Source: Candidatus Thorarchaeota archaeon SMTZ1-45 | Lineage (GTDB): Archaea; Asgardarchaeota; Thorarchaeia; Thorarchaeales; Thorarchaeaceae | Assembly: GCA_001563335.1 (NCBI GenBank) | Contig: LRSL01000076.1 | Span: forward strand, 23,225-87,224 | Direction: 5' to 3' | DNA length: 64,000 bases | Shown here: positions 1-9,144 of the stretch, piece after piece | Position numbering within the stretch: the first letter of the stretch is position 1 | Layout of the letters: each line of letters starts with the position of its first letter | Notes under the pieces: model-generated | Database searches by the model: none | Told to the model about the DNA's origin: nothing | What the model saw: the letters and a program-made list of their open reading frames with translations, nothing else | Program-made: the position numbers and the translations under genes

Positions 1-644
1 TCATTCGATGTTAGTGGTATACGTTTCTCAGTGATCCCAATTTTTGAGTCCAATTTATTACCTTTGCAGATAATATCTTCACGACGTAGAATTTCTATTC
101 GAAGTCCCTTTATTCGAGACCTCTCCATCACTAGATATCGGATTTCAAATCCCCTTTTGGGTCTGAGAATATTTGTAGGAATTTCAACCTGGAGATTGTC
201 AGTTTCTTTTCCAATTGGTAATGGCTCTGGAACAGGTTCAGGGATGTACTGTGGTAATTTTGATTTTACATTAAGCTGAATCTTTGATTTTGGATCCAAT
301 GCTCGGTCAATCTCGATGACTGCTTCAATAGTATAGTCAATCTTACCACGAAAGCCTATGTGGACCGGAGGTATGTTTTCGGGAAGCTTGAACTCAAACT
401 CGAATCGTGTATTCCCTGAGTAAAATTCCCCTCCCTCACAGATTGAAATGTCTTTATGTAGAAACTCATGAGTTTCACTAATATGGACCTTTCCTGCTTG
501 ATAGTGTGTATATTCCTTTCCTCGAACCTTCAGAATAATTCTATTACATGAAAAATCCTTGTCAGTGGCTATCATGACATGTCCACTGACTAGGTCGCCT
601 GGAACAAAATTGTCTTTCTCAGTATGGATTGTTACTTCTCTCAT
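1..644 (-). CDS. Arrestin-fold (arrestin_N/SpoOM/Vps26-like) protein, paralog 2, 3' end runs off window edge
   Basis: Not in ORF track. Manual translation from ATG at 644 gives MREVTIHTEKDNFVPGDLVSGHVMIATDKDFSCNRIILKVRGKE...FEFEFKLPENIPPVHIGFRGKIDYTIEAVIEIDRALDPK, open to position 1 and colinear with the 710..1570 protein. Confidence 0.8.
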   Translation of the reverse strand, partial: MREVTIHTEKDNFVPGDLVSGHVMIATDKDFSCNRIILKVRGKEYTHYQAGKVHISETHEFLHKDISICEGGEFYSGNTRFEFEFKLPENIPPVHIGFRGKIDYTIEAVIEIDRALDPKSKIQLNVKSKLPQYIPEPVPEPLPIGKETDNLQVEIPTNILRPKRGFEIRYLVMERSRIKGLRIEILRREDIICKGNKLDSKIGITEKRIPLTSN

Positions 645-709
645 GTCTGACTCAGCCAACCAATTATCTCTAATTCTACTCGAGACCAAATAGGGTTTTC
701 TTCCAGTAT

Positions 710-1570
710 CTAGATAAAACCAAGATCGAGTTCTATTGACTCAAGAATATCATTAACTGTTTCTTCTGGCTTCTCACCTGAAATTCTAATTTTGAAAGAT
801 ACATTCGGGTCAAGTTCCCACTTCATCTCAAGAACAACTTTGAGAAAATACGATGTTCTCACGAGCTTTGATTCGAAAGGAACACGCTGCCATCCCTTTC
901 CCATTATTTCCTCTCTCCAACGATGAAAGTCTCCAGTGGTAAGAGGGATGAACTTCTTTGTTATGACAACGTCATGAGTACCATTTCTACTCCGACACTT
1001 GATGTGTTCTTTTCTCCTTATCTCTAAACGTACTCCATTCACACGTGAATGTTCATCTACCATAAACCGAACTGGAAGACCCTGCTTCATTCTTAGAATA
1101 TCACTTAGTAGCTCAACATGAAGAACATCTAAATCTTTGTTCATTGGATTGTAGCCATCTGCTTCAGGGATATATGCAGGTTGGATTGGCAATACTCTGA
1201 ATCGTCTTGTCATCTTTGGATCAATTGCCCAATCCATCTCCACAACAGCTTCCGCACTATACTCAATGAAACCACCATACCCAGAATAAGTCGGCGGAAG
1301 CTCGTTGTCTAATTTGAACTTGAACGGGAACTCACTCTTACCAATAGGAATCTCAGTTGCTTCACATAGCTCAATCTTCCCTTGAAGATGTATAACATCA
1401 TCAGTTATCCTTGAGTCGCCTGACCCCATCTCGGTTCTTTCCTTACCTTTGAGCTTCAAAATGACTCGGTTACACTCAAACGCTTTGTCAGTTTCCACAA
1501 CAACCACACCGCTTATACAATCCCCTGGTTTGGCATTCCGTTGCGAGAACTTGATGTCGATAAACCTCAT
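710..1570 (-). CDS. Arrestin-fold (arrestin_N/SpoOM-like) protein, paralog 1
   Basis: PGDCISGVVVV...LKGKE...GKSEFPFKFKLDNELPPTYSGYGGFIEYSAEA matches the alpha-arrestin N-domain pattern (G.V.G.V; G..EFPF.F.LP..LP.SF.G..G.I.Y). Start moved to ATG 1570 (MRFIDIK) by alignment to its paralog. Confidence 0.8.
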   Translation of the reverse strand: MRFIDIKFSQRNAKPGDCISGVVVVETDKAFECNRVILKLKGKERTEMGSGDSRITDDVIHLQGKIELCEATEIPIGKSEFPFKFKLDNELPPTYSGYGGFIEYSAEAVVEMDWAIDPKMTRRFRVLPIQPAYIPEADGYNPMNKDLDVLHVELLSDILRMKQGLPVRFMVDEHSRVNGVRLEIRRKEHIKCRSRNGTHDVVITKKFIPLTTGDFHRWREEIMGKGWQRVPFESKLVRTSYFLKVVLEMKWELDPNVSFKIRISGEKPEETVNDILESIELDLGFI

Positions 1571-1679
1571 TTGATGTTCCAACCACTTTGCAAATCTTCT
1601 CGTGGAAGTAAATATTCTTTTGCAGCGAAAAACGAACAAAGCAGAAAATTAATATTAACAATTGTTAATATCCTTCAAC

Positions 1680-2714
1680 ATGAGCCGACTAATTTTTGGA
1701 CTTACGATATTTCTCACATTGTTCCTTGTGATACCTCCAATTGCAGCCCATGTACCAATTTCTACGCAAGATGGTGAAACATTGGAAACTGCGTTCTTCA
1801 TCGAAGACCCTACAAAGAGCTGGGTGATCTATTCTGATTTACATAAAGGTGCAGAGCCTCGATATTTTGGATTTGAGATGGATGTCGGAGAAAGAATCAG
1901 AATATTGCTCTCAATTCCTATCATTACAGATCCAAATGCGTTTCAACCCTCTATCGCATTAATGGGTCCTGGTTTCACAAATTCAAGTTCAATTCCTGCA
2001 TTTCTAGAAGTTCCAGAATCTGCTGGTGTAATGATTTTCGAAAGTGAACCAGCAACTCCTGAGTACGAAGGATTCACACCTACGAGTTTCTATGCACTTA
2101 TTGATATCGACATGGAAGTCGTAGTATCTGGTGACTATTATTTTGCTGTCTTTGAAGAAGATGAAAGCGGTCCATTTTCTGTTGCTCTCGGTTATGTGGA
2201 ATCCTTTACCTTCGATGAATGGCTACTTGTGCCATTTGATGTGATGATAATCCATCAGTGGAATGGTCAGAGCTTGGTATTGATACTTGCTCCAATGATC
2301 ATAAGTGTCCTGCTAGGTATAGGCTATCTCTTAAGCAGAAGGCGTGATTTATTGGAATTAGAAAGCACGGTTTCATGGCTAGGTGTCCTTGGAGGATTGC
2401 TATTCTTTGGTAGTGGAATAACCATTTTCTATCAGATGATAGTTGCCTCGTTAACAGCGATAAATGCCCAACTCATAATCACTGCAATCTTCGGTATTAT
2501 TCCAATTCTATTGGGATTCTACACATTGAGAATTGTTTTAACTGATGGTTGGAAAAAGCAACGTGGTAAACGAATCCGCCTCTTAATTTTGGGTATAGTT
2601 GCCCCATTCCTATGGTCAGGTCTATTGATTGGACCTGCTTTAGTTATTCTTAGTGGAATTGTAGCATCAGTTGGAGCTTCAGAGACCTATGAGAGAAGGT
2701 ATGCTCCTCATTAG
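1680..2714 (+). CDS. Membrane protein with signal peptide, extracellular beta domain and about 5 C-terminal TM helices
   Basis: Hydrophobic N-terminus ending IAAHVP, an acidic beta-rich region, then multiple hydrophobic helices. Start at ATG 1680. Confidence 0.7.
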   Translation: MSRLIFGLTIFLTLFLVIPPIAAHVPISTQDGETLETAFFIEDPTKSWVIYSDLHKGAEPRYFGFEMDVGERIRILLSIPIITDPNAFQPSIALMGPGFTNSSSIPAFLEVPESAGVMIFESEPATPEYEGFTPTSFYALIDIDMEVVVSGDYYFAVFEEDESGPFSVALGYVESFTFDEWLLVPFDVMIIHQWNGQSLVLILAPMIISVLLGIGYLLSRRRDLLELESTVSWLGVLGGLLFFGSGITIFYQMIVASLTAINAQLIITAIFGIIPILLGFYTLRIVLTDGWKKQRGKRIRLLILGIVAPFLWSGLLIGPALVILSGIVASVGASETYERRYAPH

Positions 2715-2732
2715 CTATGTTATATCGATTAC

Positions 2733-3434
2733 TCATTCAATTGAAATGGGTAATTCTTCTCCACTAACGAAAATGATAGCCCCTGGACTTGCTAGTGTTA
2801 TACCTAGCCCTCCCAGAAATGGCTCTCGATCTCTTTCTGATAGAGTTCTCTTTAGTAGAATCCTCTTTGCGCACATCATAGCTAGGTCATGTGTGACATG
2901 AACATAGGTGCTGGCTTCTCTGTTGCTGAACAATCTCTTGACTGTATCCGTCAGCAATCTATCTTGGTATTCAATAAAAGGTTCCATTCTTTCACCAAAA
3001 TCCCCATCCACCCATTTGTTTACAAAATCAGTGACATTCCCTCCATCTGGATGAAGATTTGTCCAGACTTCCATTTCAATGATATGAGGACCCACAAGCG
3101 ATGGAAGTAAATCAATATCAATTACTTCTCCGCCTTGCTCCTTGAATCCTGCAGCAATAGCTTCTGCAGTTTCGAAACATCTAGGAACGAAACTCGTGAA
3201 GATGTGCATCTTTCCCTTTCGATCTATTCTCTTCCCAAGTTCAAAAGACATCCTCTTACCTAGCTCAGTCAGACCCCCACTCATCATCTCATCATGGTTC
3301 TGGAGAGTATCTCTGTGAGAGTGTCTAACAAGAAGCATAAGTGGTTGATTCTGATCTATTGTTGAAACCCATTCAAGAACTCGCTTGGCATTGGTGAGCC
3401 AGTCTTCTGTGTTCCATTTCTGTTCATCATTCAT
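2733..3434 (-). CDS. Histidine phosphatase superfamily protein
   Basis: LLVRHS (RHx) motif, LTELG, S..PRCFETA, and C-terminal VTHD. Confidence 0.85.
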   Translation of the reverse strand: MNDEQKWNTEDWLTNAKRVLEWVSTIDQNQPLMLLVRHSHRDTLQNHDEMMSGGLTELGKRMSFELGKRIDRKGKMHIFTSFVPRCFETAEAIAAGFKEQGGEVIDIDLLPSLVGPHIIEMEVWTNLHPDGGNVTDFVNKWVDGDFGERMEPFIEYQDRLLTDTVKRLFSNREASTYVHVTHDLAMMCAKRILLKRTLSERDREPFLGGLGITLASPGAIIFVSGEELPISIE

Positions 3435-3454
3435 TTGTGTCTAATCTCCTCCAA

Positions 3455-3910
3455 TCAAAAATTCTCTCGCACACCAATCTGGATAACGCGATAGCAACTC
3501 GGACATGTAAGTTCGTTTGAACCTATCCATTTGGCTTTGCCAAGCTCAAGCTTGTCCATGCAATGAGGACAATACAACGGTATAACATAGACAGCTCCAG
3601 TTATTACACTATCATGGGTCGGATACTCAGTTGATGTAGTGTCATATCCAGAATATGGTGGATAAAAGGCGTGCTGGACCATTTCTTGATCACTTGGTAC
3701 ATTACATCCTTTACTCAATACAAGTCCAACTATACAAAACGTAAACAACATTAATCCAAATGTGCCTCCTAGAATTGGGAATAGGATTGGCCAAACATAT
3801 TCTGAAAGGTCCAATGTTTCAAACAAGATGAATAAAAAGAGGAATGTGACGCTAAATCCAATGATTATTGGGAGGAAGACGCGGGTCCAGACATAGCTAC
3901 TCAAGTGCAA
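3455..3910 (-). CDS. Two-TM membrane protein with C-terminal zinc ribbon
   Basis: Two hydrophobic segments followed by CPHC...CPSC. Confidence 0.65.
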   Translation of the reverse strand: MHLSSYVWTRVFLPIIIGFSVTFLFLFILFETLDLSEYVWPILFPILGGTFGLMLFTFCIVGLVLSKGCNVPSDQEMVQHAFYPPYSGYDTTSTEYPTHDSVITGAVYVIPLYCPHCMDKLELGKAKWIGSNELTCPSCYRVIQIGVRENF

Positions 3911-4216
3911 TCACTGTTTGCCCTCAAGATTCTTGTCCTATAAAGAAGTCGCCTAAGTTGAGAAACATAGTGTATCTCGGAAGAACCGAGCTTCAAAGAT
4001 TAATAGAAGTGCCAGTCGAGTACTCGAGTTGACAGTGCTCCTCCTGTTAGTTTCGACTATCTCTCTCGGTCTGGCTAGTACATTGGAAAGTATCTCTAGG
4101 TCTAAGAAAACCCTTGTACAAGCGTTTTCCACGGAGCGATATCGAGGCGTGGCAGGTACCGTAAAGGTTACTTACAGTCAGGTGTGTGCAGACCTGAATG
4201 GTCGAGGTCAAAACAG

Positions 4217-6199
4217 ATGAGTGATTTCAAACTGGAGGCTCCGTTCAAACCCACTGGCGATCAACCTCAAGCTATACAAAAACTAGTGGAGGGTCTCGAG
4301 AGCGGACTCCAACATCAAACTCTTCTCGGAGTCACTGGATCTGGCAAGACATTCACCATGGCAAACGTCATTGAAGCATATAATATGCCCACACTCGTCA
4401 TTTCCCACAACAAGACCCTAGCTGCTCAATTGACCTCAGAATACAAACAATTCTTTCCTGATGCAGGAGTAGAGTACTTCGTCAGTTACTATGATTACTA
4501 CCAGCCTGAGGCCTATGTTCCCAGTAAGGACATGTACATAGAGAAGGAAACAGACATCAATCAGGAGATTGAGAGACTTCGCCATTCAGCAACTCATTCT
4601 TTGAGGTCTCGAAAAGATACTATTGTCGTGGCCTCAGTTTCCTGTATCTATGGTGTAGGAAACCCGAGTGAGTATGATTATTTCAGGATGTTTCTAGAGC
4701 GAGGAAACCAGATAGACCGGCGAGAGATCCTAGAACGCTTAGTGGCTATGCAATATGAGCGAAATGATATGGAGATCAAACCTGGTATTTTTCGGGTTCG
4801 TGGTGATGTGATTGATGTCTACCCTGCAGGCTCAGAGAATAGCATTAGAATTGAATTAGATGGAGATCGAGTTGATCGGCTCACTGTTTTGGAAGGACTG
4901 TCAGCTAAAAGACTGTATGAACCTAATTGGATTGAGTTGTTCCCAGCTAAACATCACATCGCGCAACATGAAACTATCATAAAAGCCCTTGAGCCAATTG
5001 AACAGGAGATGCAAGAACGTGTTGAGTGGTTCAAGAAACAGGGTAAGCTTGTGGAGGCTGACCGACTCAAGAGACGAACCATGTACGACATTGAGATGCT
5101 CAGAGAGATAGGGATGTGTTCGGGAATCGAGAACTATTCCCGATATATTGATGGACGTGTTGAGGGTGAGAAACCATACACCCTTCTTGATTACTTTCCT
5201 GATGACTTTCTGATGATTATTGATGAGAGCCATATGACGATCCCTCAGATTCGAGGTATGTTCAATGGTGACTTATCTCGAAAACAGAACTTGGTCGATT
5301 ATGGCTTCAGACTACCTTCTGCAATTGATAACAGACCACTGAAATTCCATGAATTCGAGAAGTACATGAAACATGTCATATACACAAGTGCAACTCCTGG
5401 TCCATATGAGAGTAGGAAGAGTCAACAGATTGTGGAACAGCTTCTCCGGCCTACAGGACTTCTTGATCCTGCAATCACAGTAAGACCAGTTGTGGGACAA
5501 GTGGACCACCTGCTAGGTGAGATCAACAAGACTGTTGATATGGGTGACCGTGTCCTTGTCACAACACTCACAAAGAAGACCTCTGAGATGTTGAGTGAGT
5601 ACCTTGTCGAGGCAGGAGTTAAGGCAAGATATCTACACTCAGATATCGGAACAGTCGAACGAATCGAGATAATACGTCAATTACGTCAAGGTAAGTTTGA
5701 TGTTCTCGTGGGAATCAATCTCCTACGGGAGGGATTGGATCTTCCTGAAGTGGGTCTTGTAGCAATTTTAGATGCAGACAAGGAAGGATTCCTTAGGACT
5801 GACTGGGCTCTCATTCAAACAATGGGCCGTGCTGCTCGGAATGTGAATGGCCGGGTCATCTTGTATGGGGACCATGTTTCAACAGCGATGCAGACAGCTA
5901 TTGACGAAACCAATCGTAGACGGGTATATCAGCTTCAGTATAATGAGGAGCATGGCATCGAACCTGAGTCGATAGTCAAGTCGATTCGGGATATAGCTGA
6001 AGGAATTAAGACGCCAGAGAAGACCACCCAGACGAGGCTTGATGACTTTGATCCATTCGAGGTCGATGAGTTAGCTGATTACATCATTGATCTTGAAGAG
6101 CAGATGAAGGAGGCTGCAAGAAATCTGGAGTTTGAAAAAGCCGCAAAACTTCGGGATCAGATTGCAGGTCTCCGAAAGAGAATCGAGGGAATGGAATAG
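4217..6199 (+). CDS. uvrB: Excinuclease ABC subunit B
   Basis: PTGDQP, GVTGSGKT, YFVSYYDYYQPEAY beta-hairpin, DESH, GINLLREGLDLPEV, GRAARN, C-terminal UVR domain (LEFEKAAKLRD). Start at ATG 4217. Confidence 0.98.
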   Translation: MSDFKLEAPFKPTGDQPQAIQKLVEGLESGLQHQTLLGVTGSGKTFTMANVIEAYNMPTLVISHNKTLAAQLTSEYKQFFPDAGVEYFVSYYDYYQPEAYVPSKDMYIEKETDINQEIERLRHSATHSLRSRKDTIVVASVSCIYGVGNPSEYDYFRMFLERGNQIDRREILERLVAMQYERNDMEIKPGIFRVRGDVIDVYPAGSENSIRIELDGDRVDRLTVLEGLSAKRLYEPNWIELFPAKHHIAQHETIIKALEPIEQEMQERVEWFKKQGKLVEADRLKRRTMYDIEMLREIGMCSGIENYSRYIDGRVEGEKPYTLLDYFPDDFLMIIDESHMTIPQIRGMFNGDLSRKQNLVDYGFRLPSAIDNRPLKFHEFEKYMKHVIYTSATPGPYESRKSQQIVEQLLRPTGLLDPAITVRPVVGQVDHLLGEINKTVDMGDRVLVTTLTKKTSEMLSEYLVEAGVKARYLHSDIGTVERIEIIRQLRQGKFDVLVGINLLREGLDLPEVGLVAILDADKEGFLRTDWALIQTMGRAARNVNGRVILYGDHVSTAMQTAIDETNRRRVYQLQYNEEHGIEPESIVKSIRDIAEGIKTPEKTTQTRLDDFDPFEVDELADYIIDLEEQMKEAARNLEFEKAAKLRDQIAGLRKRIEGME

Positions 6200-9144
6200 T
6201 GAATTCAGCAGCAGATAAGAACAATGGAGCCATTGATACTGAGGTAGATGGCCCTAGGTCTATCATTGTTATGGGTGCTGCTGAGCATAATCTGAAGCAT
6301 ATTGATGTCACAATTCCAAAGAACACACTCACTGTTGTCACCGGATTATCGGGATCTGGAAAGAGTTCACTTGTCTTTGATACGATCTACAGTGAGGGGC
6401 AGAGAAGGTTCGTGGAGTCTCTCTCTCCTTACGCACGTCAATTTCTGGGGATGCTTGAGAAACCCAAAGTTGATCTTATGACAGGTCTTTCACCGTCAAT
6501 CTCTATTGACCAGAAGAGCGTGAGTAGGAATCCTAGATCGAGTGTTGGAACAATCACAGAAATCTATGATTATCTTCGGCTCCTATATGCCAGGGTGGGA
6601 GAACCCCATTGTCCTCAGTGTAAGAAGAAAATAGAACCCCAGACATCTCAACAGATAGTTGACCGTATTCTAAATCTCAAGGAAGGTTCGCGTATCATAA
6701 TTCTAGCCCCCATCGTGAGAGGTAGAAAGGGAGAATATAGGAAAGAGTTTCGAGACCTCATCAAGAAGGGTTTTGTACGAGCTCGTGTCGATGGAAAGCT
6801 TACCGAACTTGAAGAGGGAATGTCACTCGACAGATACTTTGAGCACACCATTGAGGTCGTCATCGATAGAATCGCAGTGAAGGAGTCTGAACGAGGTCGC
6901 ATCTCAGAGGCTGTAGAGACCGCCCTTAACATGGCTGACAGGGTTGTCACGATTATAACACCTGAAGGAGATATCACACTTTCAGAGCAATTCGCTTGTG
7001 TAGAATGCGGCATTAGCCTTCCTGAGATGGAACCGCGTATTTTCAGTTGGAATACTCCCCAGGGCGCCTGCCCTCACTGTACTGGAATTGGTGTCATTCG
7101 TGAGTTCGATCCTGACTTATTCATCACAAACTCGGACCGTTCACTAAACAACGGTCTTTTCGAGCTGGATCAGTGGAAGATAAGACGTGTCTTTACCAAT
7201 AAGGTCGTGCAAAAGTATGGGTTTACCATGGACACCCCCTGGAAAGACATGACAAAGAAGCAGAAAGACCTCCTTCTCCATGGGTCTGGTAGCAGAAAGT
7301 TTGAGGCTACATGGGAGGGTGACAATCCAGAATTTGAGGTCCAATATAAGGGAACCTTCCAGAGACCCTTTGAGGGATGGATAGAACGCGCAAAGCGGCT
7401 CTACAAGACAACTAAATCGGACTATGGAAGACGTATCCTAGAGAAGTATATGTCGACGCAAACATGCCCTGTTTGCTTGGGTGGACGATTGAGACCTGAA
7501 TCAAAAGCTGTCACTTTTAATGATAAATCCATCACAGAGATTAACAATCTCTCAATCAAGGCTCTACGTGAGTTCTTCGAGAATGCTAAGATTGATCCGA
7601 GGCTCAAACCAGTAGCAGAACCCATTCTTCGCGAGATTATGGGACGTATTGGGTTCCTAGAGGACGTAGGGCTTGAGTACCTCACTCTCGATAGGTCTGC
7701 TCCCAGCTTGGCTGGTGGTGAAGCACAGAGAATTCGATTGGCTAGTCAAATTGGGTCGAATCTTGTTGGTGTGACCTATGTGTGTGACGAACCATCAATT
7801 GGTTTACACAGTCGCGACAATATACGACTCCTGAAGTCTTTGCTACGACTTAGAAACCTCGGAAACAATGTCCTCGTTGTGGAACATGATGAAGAAACTA
7901 TACGCACAGCAGACTATATCATCGATTTAGGACCAGGCGCAGGCTCAGAGGGGGGTGAGGTTGTAGTCACTGGAACTCTTGATGATGTTCTGAAATCGAA
8001 GAAGTCTATCACTGCGAGATACCTTAGAGGTGAAGAGAAGATACCCGTGCCTGAGCATCGAAGGCAACTGAATGGGCGGTTCATTGAGTTAAGAGGCTGC
8101 AAGCATAACAACCTCAAGAATCTGAATATTCGAATACCACTCGGGATGTTTATCGCAACAACTGGAGTTTCAGGGTCCGGCAAATCTTCCTTGATTGTGG
8201 AAACATTGCAGCGAGAACTTGCTCGACGATTCCACAATGCTGAAGCTAAGCCTGGCAAGTTTGATGAGATTCTAGGCATTGAACAATTGGACAAAGTCAT
8301 TGTCATTGATCAGAGTCCCATTGGAAGAACCCCGCGCTCTAACCCTGCCACCTACGTAGGTCTATGGTCTCCGTTAAGAGACCTATTTTCAAATCTTCCT
8401 GAATCTCTAATACGCGGATACAAACCAGGTCGATTCAGTTTCAATGTAAAAGGTGGCCGCTGTGAAACCTGCAAAGGTGCAGGTGTAGAAGTCATTGAGA
8501 TGCAGTTCTTGCCGCCAGTTCAGGTAACGTGCAGTGAGTGCAAAGGACGGCGTTACAACAGAGAAACTCTTCAAGTGCGATTCAAGGGAAAGAACATTGC
8601 TGATATTCTCGATATGCGAATCGATGAGGCTGTAAAGTTCTTCGAGGGTATTCCCTCAGTACATCGCAGGCTTGAGACCCTATGCGAGGTAGGCATGGGT
8701 TATGTAAAATTGGGACAACCCGCAACTACTCTATCAGGTGGTGAAGCCCAGCGTATCAAACTGAGCAAGTTCCTCTCAAGACCTGCAACAGGGCAGACAC
8801 TAATTCTGCTGGACGAACCCACAACAGGTTTGCACTTTGCAGACATCAAGAAGCTGTTAGAGGTTCTGCACCGGCTTGTGGATCTTGGAAACACAGTTCT
8901 CGTTATTGAACATCAATTGGATGTTGTAAAAACCGCGGATTGGATCATTGATCTTGGACCAGAGGGCGGAGATGATGGTGGTTATCTCGTTGCAGAAGGG
9001 ACTCCTGAAGATATTGTTTCATGTGATAGGTCCTATACTGGTCAATACCTCCGAGGATTACTAAAACCTGTGATTCCAAACAAAGTGTCCTCTATTAAAC
9101 AACCAGCGCCTCCAATTACTAACGAGGGGAGGTCTAAGAAATGA
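6199..9144 (+). CDS. uvrA: Excinuclease ABC subunit A, copy 1
   Basis: EHNLK, GLSGSGKS, EGQRRFVESLS, Zn-finger CxxC pairs, LAGGEAQRIRLA, DEPSIGLH, GVSGSGKS, PIGRTPRSNPATY, LSGGEAQR, DEPTTGLH. Start overlaps the uvrB stop. Confidence 0.97.
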   Translation: MNSAADKNNGAIDTEVDGPRSIIVMGAAEHNLKHIDVTIPKNTLTVVTGLSGSGKSSLVFDTIYSEGQRRFVESLSPYARQFLGMLEKPKVDLMTGLSPSISIDQKSVSRNPRSSVGTITEIYDYLRLLYARVGEPHCPQCKKKIEPQTSQQIVDRILNLKEGSRIIILAPIVRGRKGEYRKEFRDLIKKGFVRARVDGKLTELEEGMSLDRYFEHTIEVVIDRIAVKESERGRISEAVETALNMADRVVTIITPEGDITLSEQFACVECGISLPEMEPRIFSWNTPQGACPHCTGIGVIREFDPDLFITNSDRSLNNGLFELDQWKIRRVFTNKVVQKYGFTMDTPWKDMTKKQKDLLLHGSGSRKFEATWEGDNPEFEVQYKGTFQRPFEGWIERAKRLYKTTKSDYGRRILEKYMSTQTCPVCLGGRLRPESKAVTFNDKSITEINNLSIKALREFFENAKIDPRLKPVAEPILREIMGRIGFLEDVGLEYLTLDRSAPSLAGGEAQRIRLASQIGSNLVGVTYVCDEPSIGLHSRDNIRLLKSLLRLRNLGNNVLVVEHDEETIRTADYIIDLGPGAGSEGGEVVVTGTLDDVLKSKKSITARYLRGEEKIPVPEHRRQLNGRFIELRGCKHNNLKNLNIRIPLGMFIATTGVSGSGKSSLIVETLQRELARRFHNAEAKPGKFDEILGIEQLDKVIVIDQSPIGRTPRSNPATYVGLWSPLRDLFSNLPESLIRGYKPGRFSFNVKGGRCETCKGAGVEVIEMQFLPPVQVTCSECKGRRYNRETLQVRFKGKNIADILDMRIDEAVKFFEGIPSVHRRLETLCEVGMGYVKLGQPATTLSGGEAQRIKLSKFLSRPATGQTLILLDEPTTGLHFADIKKLLEVLHRLVDLGNTVLVIEHQLDVVKTADWIIDLGPEGGDDGGYLVAEGTPEDIVSCDRSYTGQYLRGLLKPVIPNKVSSIKQPAPPITNEGRSKK

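Noticed and set aside
4029-4220. 63-aa ORF upstream of uvrB as a leader peptide
   Set aside because: TTG start, no RBS or recognisable motif; probably a chance ORF in the promoter region.
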